Both the position numbers and the translations under genes were made by a program. The notes below the pieces were generated by a model. That model saw only the letters and a list, made by a program, of their open reading frames with translations. It had not been told where the DNA came from and ran no database searches. Below, piece by piece: positions 1 through 13,295 of a stretch of DNA of 64,000 bases. Source of the DNA: Azolla caroliniana (taxonomy: Eukaryota; Plantae; Polypodiophyta); assembly GCA_043228905.1 (NCBI GenBank), contig JBHGNT010000010.1, positions 3,224,001 to 3,288,000 on the forward strand, read 5' to 3'. Within the stretch, counting starts at the first letter, position 1, and each line of letters starts with the position of its first letter.

Positions 1-2
1 CA

Positions 3-119
3 ACTGGTTTTTTGCTCATGCTTGCCGTCATGAGCTTCAATGTCGGGATCTTCTTCTCTGTTCTCGCTGGCCTCGCCCTCGGATTCATCCTCTTTCGCGT
101 TAATCACCTCTCCCGGTAA
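3..119 (+). CDS. COPT: Ctr/COPT copper transporter, C-terminal part (gene begins upstream of the window)
   Basis: Manual translation gives TGFLLMLAVMSFNVGIFFSVLAGLALGFILFRVNHLSR*. This contains the Ctr signature MxxxM-x12-GxxxG with exact spacing. Stop TAA at 117-119. Too short to appear in the ORF track. Confidence 0.88.
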   Translation, partial: TGFLLMLAVMSFNVGIFFSVLAGLALGFILFRVNHLSR

Positions 120-125
120 AAGATA

Positions 126-1250
126 AACCCTAATCTTACTCCTAATTCTGAGTCATTATGCTAACCCTAAACCTAGAGTCATTAATCCTAACCCTAACCC
201 TAACCCTAGTTCTACACTATAATCCTAACCCTAAACCTAATCCTAGTTCTATATTATAATCCTAACCCTAATCCTAGTTCTACACTATAATCCTAACCCT
301 AACCCTAACCCTAACCCTAGTTCTACACTATAATCCTAACCCTAAACCTGATCCTAGTTCTACACTATAATCCTATCCCTAAACCTGATCCTAGTTCTAC
401 ACTATAATCCTAACCCTAACCCTAACCCTAGTTCTACACTATAATCTTAACCCTTAACCTGGATCATCACAATCGTAGAGACAATTCTGAACATTTAGTA
501 TATTCGTATTTATACTTAAATAAACCCTAACCATAATCCCAGGGCATTGGCCTCGCTCTGTCGCCATTTATCAGCAAAATCGGAACCCTAATTCTTGATC
601 AAGACACCGTCATTCAAATTATAGATGAATATTTCCCCCGAACCCTAACCTTAACTCTATATTAAGTATAGCTCCTAATTCTCTCCTTAAACCTAATCCT
701 ACTGCGACATTAATATCAATTCCAACCATGACCCGTGCTCTAAACCCTACCACCTACATCCTAGGCTTTGAATAACTGGAACCCTAATCTTATGGCAACC
801 TAAACCCTACGATTACTCTCATATTAACCCTCACCCTGCTACCGTAAGCTTACACCCTAACCCTGTGAGCCCTAAACCCTCGCCTTCCTACAGGAAGCCT
901 AAACCCTAAGCCTGTATGATCCCAAAATCCTCATCTTGCATGAGCCCTAATGCAAAACCCTACATTAACCGTTAGCCTAATCCCGGCATTATTCCTAATC
1001 GTACTTCTAAACCGTAATAACCCAACTCCTCGATCCGAATACCCCTGATCCAAAACCTTAATAATCCTAGTTCCAAAATCTTCGCAGGTACTAACCTCAG
1101 TCCTAAATCCTAATAACCCTCGTCGTAAACCCTACATTTCAGCCATGGCGTAGTCCTAAACCCTACACTTGAAGTATAACCCTAACCCTAACCCTAACCC
1201 TACACTTGAAGTATAACCCCAACCCCAACCTTAACCCTAATCATAACCCT
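126..1250. repeat. Telomere-like (CCCTAA/CCCTAAA) degenerate array including a ~31-43 bp satellite
   Basis: Runs of CCCTAA at 187-207, 291-318, 408-430 and 1179-1201. About 7 tandem copies of CCTAGTTCTACACTATAATCCTAACCCTAA at ~203-455. Confidence 0.85.
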
Positions 1251-1514
1251 AACACTATATTAAGCCTCTCCCCACCCATGTCCTAAGAGATCTTCCATGT
1301 GTAATTTGCTTGCAACTTTGATGCCATGTATGTATGTATGTATCTATATGTGTGTCTGAGATCAACGGATTTTTGATGAATCTACTGACTATGTGTGGCA
1401 ACCCTAACAAGGAAAGCAGGGCCAGATGGTGTTCTTAATGATGATTAGGGTAAAAAAGAGTGTGCTTTGTGAGACAGATGAGCACAGGGGGGATCGATCC
1501 TAATGATATATGGC

Positions 1515-1806
1515 TGTCTATGTCTATGTCTATGTCCGCCCGCGTGTGCCTATGTTATGTCTTATGTCCGGTGGAATGTAGCGATCCTTTGTCCACGTAT
1601 ATGTCTTATGTCCGGCAGAATGTAGCGAGCCTATGACCGCTCAGATGTCCGTGTCCGGTAGAAGAATGTAGCGAGCCTATGTCCGCCCAAGTGTCCATGT
1701 CCGGTCGAGTGTAGCGAACCTATGTCCAGTAGAATGTAGGAGCCCATGTCCGCGCTTATGTCCACTTAAATGTCTATAACTACGCAAATGTCTATGTCCG
1801 CCCCTA
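1515..1806 (-). mobile_element. Probable hAT-type DNA transposon terminus with subterminal repeats
   Basis: The minus strand starts TAGGGGCGGACATAG, a hAT-like end, followed by many GGACAT(A) and TGTAGCGAGCC repeats. Partner end and TSD not identified. Confidence 0.45.
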
Positions 1807-3084
1807 GGTGCAGACCATACTTCTATTCAAGTGAGTGACTTGCCAGAGTATACATGGGGTGCATGTAGCTCAACACCTAAAGTCAGTCTCGTGATTTACC
1901 CCCACTATAACATTGGTAAAAGGTTGTTTGGCCAAAATCAGCACCATAGACAAGGAGGTGGTTTGGTGGAGACCACATGGTCATGTCTTTTCTTTGTCTA
2001 TGAATGTAATAAACAAGATTTGAGGGGTGAACAAAAATTGGATAAATGGTGGGTGTCATCACGAATGTAGTCCAAACGTGACGACTGTACAAAGTCAGTT
2101 TATATGTAGCCCTCATAGGTGAAAGCTTAGAGGTTAAGTCTACATGTAGCCCTTACACGTGAAGAAACCGAGGGAAAAACATGCCCTTGTGTGTGAAACC
2201 TACAAAAGAAGCTAGGAGGTGGTCAACGCTTCAGTATATCTCGAATAGTTGGGACTCGCTTAGTCACTAAGGGTGGGTCTACACTATATGGTCTATGTTG
2301 TAAAGTCATAGTTGTGGTATGAGAGCAAGTTTGCTGTATAACAAATAAAATAAGGGTGTTTGTATTTATTTTGTATTATTTTCTCCCTTAATGTAACCCT
2401 AGAGCTCTAGTGAACACATAGGAGCTCATGAATTTGTGCTACGTGGCTTTGACAATGTGGTCATTGTCCTTGCCTTGGTCATATGGCTTTGGAAAAGAAT
2501 GATAGAGATTGGAATGCCATTAAAGTATAGAGCAATTGCAGTAGTATTATATGAGCAAGGCAAGTGCCAATTGAAAATGGATAGTGGTTTCTTGAAGTAC
2601 TTTTTGAGTATCGTGGGGGTCAACCAAGGGCGTTGCCCACTATCTCCCCACTCTTTGGTCTGTACAAAGGAGTGATAAACATGAAGAAATAGTAAACAAG
2701 GGTGTAAAATATGAAGGATTTGTTTGTTCGAAACTCATTAGCAAAGGGGAGAGATGGATCCATGTCCCTTGTTGGTGTCCATACCACTGTGTATGAACAT
2801 GGATTGTACCTTGGGTTTGAAGGAGGAGGCACACATGCATAAAGCTAGAGCTATGCCAGACTATTGTAGTCTCTATCTCAAAACAATAAAGAAAAGGGAT
2901 TCCCCTTCATGAAGGTAGCGAGCCTTCTTATATAGGCTCAAACACCTAGGCTTTTGCATTTTGCTCATTGTAACATTAAGATAACTCAATCCTCACCCAT
3001 TATCCTTACAAATTAGCTTATAACTATGGTTATGATTATGATTGAAACATTGACCCCATAGAGGTAATAGCTATGCAAAGAGTG

Positions 3085-3445
3085 TATAAGTATATCACAC
3101 AAGTTAGGTGTTGAAGATATGCATCTTGACATCATCACCCAAATATGAAGATATGCAATGAAAACCTAGTGAAGGATGAGTATCACTTACTAATTGCATG
3201 CTCAATGTATGATTTAATTTGTGAGAAATATGATGACTAATTAGATATGTATGATAATGACTTGTTAGACAAGCATGACAAGGTAATTTCTACCAAGAAG
3301 GGTGAGCACGTATATACATGAATCATTTTCAGATGGAGAGTTTCTACTATGGAGTAGTAATCTCTCTTCTTAGGAAAGATTCACACATAAGATGATATGT
3401 TGATTTGGTTCCATAGATTGAAATTTGCCTTGTCATTGTCATTGG
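3085..3445 (+). mobile_element. Degenerate LINE 3' end
   Basis: Remnant of the C-terminal Cys/His region (VKDEYHLLIACSMYDLI) with a TTGTCA tandem tail. A nearby RT fragment GVNQGRCPLSP lies at ~2615-2650. Confidence 0.5.
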
Positions 3446-6400
3446 ATAAACAAAATATGGTGTCTTGTCATTGTTGTCATTTACCATTTTTGATGGATGA
3501 GGCTATTTGTATTGTCTTGTTGTAGTCTCAGGTTATTGTGCACCTTGTGGATATTTTTGCTACACAATTTCCAATCAATGTTTCATTTCCAGCCCAAAAG
3601 CATGGGGCTATGTTTGTTCATTGCTTGTGTTTTCTTTGCTTATACATTATGCAAGGGATTAAAGGGGATATATAGTGAGGTAGTGAGTTCACTCAATTCA
3701 TCCGAAGATTAGATTATGTTAAGACTTTCAACTAAAGATTGAGTTGAAAAGAAGCAGTTGAACAAAAGAAATTCAAGTAGCTCTCCATTGCACTTCACTT
3801 CACTTCACTTATGGAGCAAAAAAAGGCATTCATGGAAAATTAGGAACTAAGAGATGAGCAATTGTGTGGTCTAATCAACATTACATGAATGGTCACTTGG
3901 ATGTAAAATGTTGAACCCCTTCAAAAACATCATAAGCACATCACACGTTCTTTAGATGGGTAAAGAGGAATTAGGAGACGTGAAAGGGTATGAGAAAAAC
4001 AATGTATGAATGAACCTTACCACTTCATGGCATTGGACCAAGAAATCTATAGAAAGAATTACCCATTGTAAGTGGGAGAAGTGGAGTGTCATAATCACAT
4101 ATGCGTGGAAAGTTGTATGGTATGTGAGGGGGATATTTGAAGGGACATATTGCAAGGGTTAATGAGGGGGCTAAAAAGGGATAAGGAGAGATAATAACAT
4201 CCAGAGAAATGTATGATTGTAAGGTCACATTCATAGTCATGCATTACATATCTACGTGTGTACAATGTATGAAGTGGTTTTCACCCAAGTTAATAACAAG
4301 GAAACTATCATCTTTGATTGGATGTAATCATAGCCTTTCATTTTGAATAGTTAAGCGTGTCTTTGCTCTCTTGTCTCCATTCAAATCTCAATCTTATTCA
4401 TGTCTAGGCTCTTTGCATACTTCGACTCATGTGAATACCTCCCTCTAAATACCTTGAGGATGCTCCTTAGATATAAGGCTCATTTTCTTTTCAAATAGAA
4501 ATGAGATATTGATTTTTTATCCACCACTGTGACTGTTGACATGAACAGATGACTCAATATATCTAGGAATTAACAACATATTGTGGTGTACCTTTGTGCA
4601 CTATGATATTGACCTAGTATTGTGCGTCAACCGATCGAGGTTTTGTGATAAAAAAAAGAAATATATAGTGATTGAGGAATGGTTTTTTTTATTATGAATA
4701 CTTGGTTGACATCACCAAGGTTTTAGTAATCTCAATCAAATAAATGATCAAATTGATGTTGTTGACATCTATGTTTACCGATCATATGTTTATCTCGATT
4801 CGAAAAGGTGGTCGGATACATTCCATTACTCATATTGAGATAAAATCTACCTATATATGCTAGTTCTTTACATAAACCCATATAAAATCTACCAATCTTC
4901 ATGGTTGGTTTCGATGTCATCAAAGTAGTCAAAATCTTGAAGGACCACCAAAAGTAGAGAAAGGATAGGCTCTAGGGGGGTGAAAATGGAACAATGTTGA
5001 TGCTATTGTTTTCCTTAGAGAATAAATGTGGTGGCATAGTGAAACAATAGAATTAAGGTGTCACGGTGGTGTGCTTGTAGTGGACCCATAACATCCGAAT
5101 GACATTCATTGACATTGTCCACTACAATAGGAGTAGTGGTCTAGTCACATAGCATTGACATGGTTGTCAATGTTTGTATCATTTAGCTAGTCGACAATAG
5201 ATGGTTGATGGTTGGTTGCTAGGAAACATGTTAATTGGAATTCATTAAGGATGGACACTTGGTTGCTTAAGGATGTTTTGATGAATAGGAGGTATTTACA
5301 ATGGCACAATTACAAGAGGACTAAAGCTCTACTCTGATTATAAATTGGCTAACAAAGCTAAGAGAGTTGCTACTTTGCTAGCCATTCCAAGTACTACTAT
5401 TTTCTTTCTATTTATTCCTCCCTTTAGCACTTTCGTCATATTAACGCTTGCTAATTGTGTCAACCACTTTCTTACATATCTTTACTACACTAACTACAAC
5501 ATACCTTAATTCAATAATTCATTGTTATTTGATCCTCAACTAATGTATAGTTATAGGGCCTTCACTTCAAAGCTAGGATCCTTGATTGGGTTGTTCACAA
5601 TCCAAAATCTTCTTTTGTTGCTTCTATGCATCAATGCTCATGCATTCATTTCCGTTCCACAACCTTCTATTCATACTCCCATCCAAGGCAATCATTGGCT
5701 TGTTTGTCACAACTCATGCCTTGAGTGGTACTCCATGACATGCACAACATAGACAGTCACATTGAAAATAGAAACTAGGAGTTGACTGAATATAGGGAAG
5801 AAAGAGAGAGGATATGTACAAATATTCTCTCAATGTACCAAAAAGGTTCACACTCCTAAGATTTATGTTGATAAACCTCTCAATTCTTCAAATGTTTTAA
5901 TAATGTGGAAATGTAAACCTTGTGCTTTGCAGCATTAGCGTTGTGGGGTGATGATGAACCTTACACATTAGATTTCTAAAAACAAGGACTATTAAAATGG
6001 CCAAATTTCGCAACATAAGTATTGAAAACAATAACAATTATCAATAATGGTATATATCACTGCAATAAAACAGATAGTCTCAACTTCGGAACCATGTTTT
6101 GCAATCCATAGGCCAATTTGTGCTCATGATGCATCTCATATGCCAAATTTAGCCTTGTACTTGACCTCTCTCACACATTCTACTCTGTTCTCTCAGGAAG
6201 ACTATTCATGCTTTCATATATCCTTCAAGCAGTCAACAATGCCTTTTGTAGTTAACAATGGTATATATCACTGCAATCATACAAATAACCTTGACTTCGT
6301 AACCATAATTTACAATCGATAGGCCAATTTGTATTCATGATTTATCTCATGTGCTAATGCTGGCCTCTAGTAGTATTTAATCTCTGTCTGTCTGTCTGTC

Positions 6401-6751
6401 TGTCTCTCGCACACACATTCAATTCTGTTGTCTCCACATAATGCACAGCAGTTAACTCGGACGTCTATTAAAGCCTTGCTATATCCTTCAAGCCTCTGTA
6501 TACAGAGTGTAATCAAAAGGGTTTTGGTTCCCAATATGAACTACATCATGGTACCAAACAAGGGTACTTTTATGATATTATATGACATTACTTCACATCT
6601 GACGAGGTCTCAAAATTAATTTTCATTTATTGATCGATTGTCGTGAGTGAATATCAATATTAATAACTAGGCAAAGACAAATTATTACAATAATAATAAG
6701 CCAATAAATCTGTTTACATAGATTTACAATGGCATTATATATAAAGCTCAC

Positions 6752-9317
6752 TCACAAAATAATATTAGTAAATGTCTTCGACGGATCATCAACATTTACT
6801 TCTGAATGTTGTGGAAAATCCCATTTCATTGCTTCAGATGATAAACCTTGGTCATCCAAAACGTTCTGAAGCTTTTCAAAAACAAAGCGATTACCATCCT
6901 CACTCAAATGTAGACCATCACTGCGGACAATGTTGTTTTTCCAAAATAAGTAAATTTTTCATCACAATATTTGCCGAAATGATGTTCTTTAAAGAAAGGT
7001 GGGAAAAAGTGGATTTTGTTTATAACCAAAACACCCGGCCTCACCTCAAATACGTTGTCTCCCACCCTCGTTTCTCTTGCATGGATGACCATAGCTCTAT
7101 AACCGGCACCCCAGCTTCAATGGAAACCTCTACGCATGCTTTTGCATAGGTTCCTGTCACTTCATTTGTTCTAGAGGAGATATCGTCTTGTTTAGTGCCA
7201 TAGTATTTCCTATAGCCAATTAAAAATTACAGACATGAGTCCATAGTTTCAAAGTTGCATAACAAATACCATTTCAGTTAGATACGTTGAGATGAGAACA
7301 CCAATATATGAATACCCCTACTGGAATATCCTTGGATTTCAAATAAACTACAAGAATACCCCTATGTAGGGTGTGAGGGGCATTCTGGGAATTCTAGAGA
7401 GCTTAGGGTTATTCAAGTAAATACCCAACATGTTAGGGTATTTTGGTGTTCTCTTCTCTTTCTCAGCAATGTTGCTATACCATGACTGGATTTGGAAGGC
7501 TTTCTCATCAACTGGTGGTGGAGTTAAGAGCACAATGCAGGTTTCCTTGCTTATTCCCTACAAATAGAGGCAGAAACATGGATTAATGTAGGCATTATGG
7601 AGCAATGCAGATGAAGATCAATCAGTGAACATAGAATTACACATACAAAGAAGAATTGCAAAAAGAAATGGAGAAAAGTAACATACTATGATAGATGATC
7701 TGAAGAAAATGAATTTAACACACAAACATCTTTGCAAAAGAAAAATGGCCAAATGTAGCATAAAGAGAAGAATATTGGAAAGGAGGAAAAAAATGGAATC
7801 AACTCAGCATGACGAGAAGTTTTGTGAAATAGAAATAGATCAATGTGCTACCTTAAATACTCACAATATTTGCAAGAAAGATCAATGGATCAACATTTGC
7901 ATACACAAGATTTTGCAACCACAGAATTGAATACTATTAATTGGAAAATAATTCATGGTGACATTACCACACAGAGAAGGTGATCACGATGATGTCCAGA
8001 CTACCTTGATGTGTGAGATAAACTTGATGAGATTCTCTTTATACTCTTGTAATGGAACATGTTGATTTCGATGGGCACGATCATCTAAAGCTGCATCATT
8101 TGCACCAAAGAAGATGGTAACTAGCTTAGGAGGGGGCTCCAATGATTCCTGACAGACAAAAATAAGTAACAAACAAGTAGAAAAAGATGAAATTAACAAG
8201 ATTGGTCACACCAGTTGAATGTTAAATTCTTTTTATTTTTCTTAAAATAATACAAAAACCCATTGATGATATCTATTACAATTGCTATGGTCATTATAGC
8301 AAGGTTAATCCTCAAAGGTGCTATGAGACTAGTTGACATAGAGGTAAATCCTATCTAGGAACAAGGCACCTACATGCACACCGAGACTAGCCCTCTATGA
8401 ACTAGGTGTGGACATAAAGGAAAGCCCTCTCTGAATCAGGTGCATGCAATTGATCTGAGACTTTCTGACATCAAGGTAAATCCTCTGTACACAAGATGCC
8501 GAGATAAAGACAGCTCCTATGGTGTAGCCACATTGCCAAGACTACCTAGCATAAATTATGCTCCTCTGTGAAAATGTGTTGGCATACATCTAAATCCTGT
8601 CTAGGACGATGGTGCCCGCCTTCAGACATGAGATTAATTCCTCTCTGGGGACTAGATGCCCCACAGAAGAATTGACACTAGTTGAAGTAAAGGTGATTCC
8701 TGTGTGGGGATAAGCAACTGCTATAGGGATCATGTGCCACCCACAGAGCTAAGTTGCAAATATTCCAACATCCCTGATCCATTTCCATATCCGCCAACAT
8801 AAACCTATCTATTGTGATAATACTCCATCTCTCTCTCTCTCTCTCTCTCTCCTTACAGATGGAAATATTTTGTCAAGCAGAAAGAGAGCCCAACGTGTGT
8901 TGTAGCCACTGAATCCTCGAAGCAGAACATCTGCCTGCAAAAACAAATGCGTAAAAGATTTCCCACACTTAATATGAAGAGAAAAGAAACTGCAGTAATT
9001 AAATAGCTCGAAGCTCCACATATCAAGTAAATCTCTCAGCTCTTTCCTCTAATATACCACAACTCTTGTCTCATCTCTTCACTCTAATACACCATTGCTG
9101 TCCTCTCATATCTTTTTCTCTAATACACGATCTCTGTTCGCTGATCTCTCTAACATCTGGTTATGATCAAATGGCATTTCCTCTATGGATGGAAGAAAAT
9201 CAGAAAAACAGTACCGACCTTGCGAGCGTAGGAATTGACGAGAGAAGCTCCCCAGCCATGAGGCGCGAAGGATTGCTGCGTGATGGAGTCACCAAACAAG
9301 ACGAAACGAGGCCTCAT
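6752..9317 (-). CDS. GDSL/SGNH esterase (isoamyl-acetate-hydrolysing esterase / CPRD49-like), 6 exons
   Basis: GT-AG exons at 9219-9317 ([21 protein letters not shown]), 8857-8934 ([16 protein letters not shown]), 8005-8148 ([11 protein letters not shown]), 7481-7557 (LLTPPPVDE), 7045-7209 ([13 protein letters not shown]) and 6752-6920 (DGLHLS..., TGA). All SGNH blocks are present and the frame is continuous across junctions. Confidence 0.95.
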
Positions 9318-9319
9318 CT

Positions 9320-9365
<46 letters not shown>

Positions 9366-9427
9366 CTCTCTGCCTCTACTCTGTCTCCCTCTTTTTGTTT
9401 CTCTCTCTTGCTTGTATTGTATTGAGA

Positions 9428-9538
9428 ATGTATGTATGTATGTATGTATGTATGTATATACATGTCATGTATGTATGTATGTATATACATGTCATGTATG
9501 TATGTATGTATATGCCATGTTATGTATGTATATACATG
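9428..9538. repeat. (TATG)n compound microsatellite, left flank of the MULE
   Basis: TATG runs interrupted by ATATACATGTCATG. The tract continues after the MULE at 14273-14350. Confidence 0.9.
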
Positions 9539-10196
9539 GCTCGTGTCTATTCTGCATCAAATCATAAAGAGGGCTGGCGAGGGAATCGCGGCCATAGACG
9601 GTGTAGGTCGCTTAGAGGAAGGCGCGTGCGATCTGCACCGTCAGATTTCGATAAGGAAGAACGCGCGAAAAAAAGAGTTGTCAGAGGTCGCCCAACTCTG
9701 AGTCGATGGTCGCCCAACCCTGTTAGAGGTCGCCCAACTCTGACTGTTGCAAGTCGCCCAACCATTTTAGGTCACCCAACCTTGACATTTGCAGGTTGCC
9801 CAACCGATTGGTCGCCCAACCAAATGTATCATTTCGACCAAAATCTTCAAATAAGCTTGTTCATTACCCTTAAAACTTATAATAACATATCAAACAGTCA
9901 CAAAATCCAACCTTAAATTATTCAAAATCGACGATCTTTACCATACTTATGTTAAAACAAATAATCATATTAAAACATAAAAGTTAAAAGTTAAAAAACA
10001 TAAAACTTAAAACAGAGAACATAAATCCACTTTAAACACCGTAAACCCAAATCAAAGGATGACATACTTGAATAAGGAAACTTAAAACATAAATCAACAT
10101 ATGACATACTCCCAAATGCACTTATAAATCAACATAAATCCACTTGAAACACTGTAAACCCAAATGCATTGGTCTGCAAAACCACTCAAGCTATGC

Positions 10197-12604
10197 TTAT
10201 GGCTCATCCGGAGATGATGGCAAGATGCGACCACAATTCTTGCAACAATCAACATTTGAGTCCCTTGATCTAAAGGTCAAGGGATCGCAATGCAAGCATC
10301 GCATCTTCTCTGTTGCACATATTGGCAACCGCCTCCTAGCTCGACTTGCGCCTCTTTGCATTTTTCTTGTGTGTGCCTTGGAAGTGTTTGGGGAGCTGCC
10401 AATAAGATATTGTGAAATGTTGATTGATGCTCCCCTTTTTGCACCAATTGCTTGCTTACGCCCTATGGATCCATGGTCTTCTTCATTGGTTGGTTTCGGT
10501 GCACCTAGGTGATACACCAACGTCTGACCTATTTCTTCAATGGACTCCATACATGCCAAAATTGTTGCACGGTCGAGGGATCGTAACCCTTGCCTAAGAC
10601 ATTGAATAGCCCCCTCAACTGTTTGTATTTTCGATTCCCATTCCTCCATTTGTGATGTTATAGGATTTGTCTCCTCGATTGGTTCTACCTTTGTTTCCAC
10701 TTTCGTCTCTGTGAAATGGTCATTGCGCATATGGGTTTGCATGATCTATAAAAGGCAACGACCCGCATAGATGTGGCATGTGCCTCTCAATAATCATCCT
10801 GATGCCGAGTATATGCTTACATTTACTCGTAGGGTCTTGGCAATCACAATATGAACATTGGAGCGATACATTATACCATACATTCGGTTTTGTCAAGCTC
10901 AATATTTTAAACCAATATCGGGGCTCGTCCACAATATGCATTGTCGCATCATTAGTTTCATACCTCTCTAGTAGCCTTTCGGCCTCTTTAAGTCTTGTTG
11001 TTTGATCCCTACAATTTGCATGTGGTGCAAATCTACCACTCTCACATATTTCTTGTCGTTGCTTGTACCATTCAATAATATTACCCTCGATGCAAATGCC
11101 AGTTTGACTGTCCCCAATTAAAACATGCACAAGATTGGTAATTGATCGGTTTATCCTCCCTCTTAAGGCAGTATATTTGATAAACTGCCAATGTCTCTCC
11201 ACGATATTGGTAGTGTCAACATGTCCGTAATTGAACATTCTACCAAATTTGGGCCATAGTTTCCTCCACACACATGTCAAGCCACACCATCCTCCTTCTA
11301 TATATTGCTAAACACCTGGCTTGTTTGCATATTCTACCTTTTACACCTCACATTGGGCATTGAATGTGGATTCCGTAATGCATTGCATGAGTTGGCACAT
11401 CTGATTATAAAGATGGTTTCTCTCAGTTGCACTTACATTTCAACAAGTTGTCCAACCATGCTTTTTTTGCGTGGAAGTGACACAACAAAAGTCGACAATG
11501 TGTTTGCGACCTTTGCCCATTTGTAACTATCCAAGATAATCGGTCTGTTGCAATCACATTACTTATGGCATTATATGATGTCCAACTTTTATCGATGACT
11601 ATGGCATTTGGCCTCACATTGGGCATTCGTGCAAATATGACTCTCAAGCAAGTTTCTAAAGCTACTTGCTCATGGTTAGACCCCTTATCAGAACTACAAA
11701 TCATGTACCATAATGGGATACCAACTCCCATGGCATTTGGGGCCACAACTGCATATAATGGCAAGCCAAATTGGTTTGTTTTAAACGTGGAGTCGATTGC
11801 CCAAGAGTTGTTTATTGACAATCGCTCACACATCTCTAACATCCATTCATCTTGGAGCACCAGGATGAACGGTTGCCTTGTGGGAGATCCATATTCACCA
11901 GGCAAGTAGGGTTGGACATGAGCTACCTTCCCAAGATCTCGAAGGGCATAGGCATCTTGCATCATCAAAGACCAATCAATCCCTGACATGGCACTCCCAA
12001 TTTTTAACTTGTTGGCCATGTTATTGACCTCCTTTGGTATCATAAAGAACCTATAACTCACAAGGTCTAATGGACTAGCCTTGGACTTATGATGTGCTTC
12101 CTTATGCATGCTCATCCGTGCCACATGTTGTGCGCAACCAACATCAAAAAGGTCATCTCTACAACAACTTATAATATTTGGGGCCACTGGCAGATAGTAC
12201 GCATCTGGTCTACTTTCCGGTACATGACCCGTATGAGGTCCATATATTGAAACGGTCACTGTCCCATGGTCAACCCCACCATTCATTCGAGTGTTCACAT
12301 GAAAAGTACACCCACATCGAGATGAATGCTTTCTACGTCGAGTGCATGGATATTGCTTGTTGGCCACACCGCATCGGTGACAATTATACCTAGTCACATG
12401 TGCACCCCTTGTGATCCCTGTACGGAAGCGTGTGTGATACCTCAATTGAACATCTATGGGCGTATTATCAACCCTATGTGCCTCTATCTTGATCACTTCT
12501 ATGGGTCTAGACATTTTATATTTCACGACACTTGTCCCCTCCATGTCAGATGGAGTTAACCTCGACATAACTTGACAACCACATTGGTTAATCACCGCTT
12601 TCAC
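10197..12604 (-). pseudogene. MULE transposase with SWIM finger, split by frameshifts/stops
   Basis: WRKY/GCM1-like domain (SSRCGC...GPHTGH), DDE core (AIDSTFKTN, IVIDK, LCHFHAKKAW, TTNIVERHW), SWIM finger (YCDCQD...CKH) and a C-terminal CxxC..CxxC. Spread across ORFs 11423-12604, 10720-11280 and 10197-10742. ORF 12808-13176 may be an N-terminal part. Confidence 0.88.
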
Positions 12605-13295
12605 AAACGCACTAGGGATCCCATGGTCACGAAGGTCATTGGATCAAAGTCTCTTTAACTCTGACAGAGTACTGGTCAAAGAACGGTGCGATGCGCCACA
12701 ATGTGACGCCAATACTATCTCCCTCCATTTTTCTACGTGCGTAATCTGAAGATGAGGCGATGCCTTAAGGTGTATTGCATTCTCATTTCTAAGCGTGAGA
12801 CGACTCTTCATGCGCCTCCATGCATGTAAATTAAGAGGTGCACCCCTTGCGAGTGGCTTAATGTTTCAAATGTTACCTTAACTTGACCCAATAAATCTTT
12901 AAGCATTAAATCATACATACCTCTAGTGAACGCAAAATACCTCGCCGAACAGTACATGAAGGGATCAACCTCCTTTGCCTCTTCTTCGGATGAAGCCGAC
13001 TCATAGTCTTCGGATGTAGACGAATCCAAGTCTTCGTCAATGGTTGCGGAGTATGGTGATGCATAACCTGTCGAATACGAGTGTATAATGGCCGTATTCA
13101 CACTGTCCCCTTGGACAACCCACGTTTGGACTATTTCTGTAAATAGCACAAAGGGCAGTTGCCCTAGGACAGTCACTATATGAAGTGACTTTGTAACCTG
13201 TTAGTAGTTGCTGGTTGTAATTCTTGTAGTTGTTGCTAATGAGAAATAAAACCCTATTTCTTTGTGCCTATATCTCTCTCTCTCTCTCTGTGCGT

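Noticed and set aside
203-455. Regularly spaced repeats resembling a CRISPR array
   Set aside because: The units are tandem with no unique spacers, the context is eukaryotic and there are no cas genes.
9066-9916. ORFs with SLSLSL and MYVCMYV runs
   Set aside because: These are translations of (CT)n and (TATG)n microsatellites and the MULE TIR.
10144-12559. Plus-strand ORFs inside the MULE as a mudrB-like second gene
   Set aside because: They are short, antisense to the transposase, and have no recognisable motif or splice structure.
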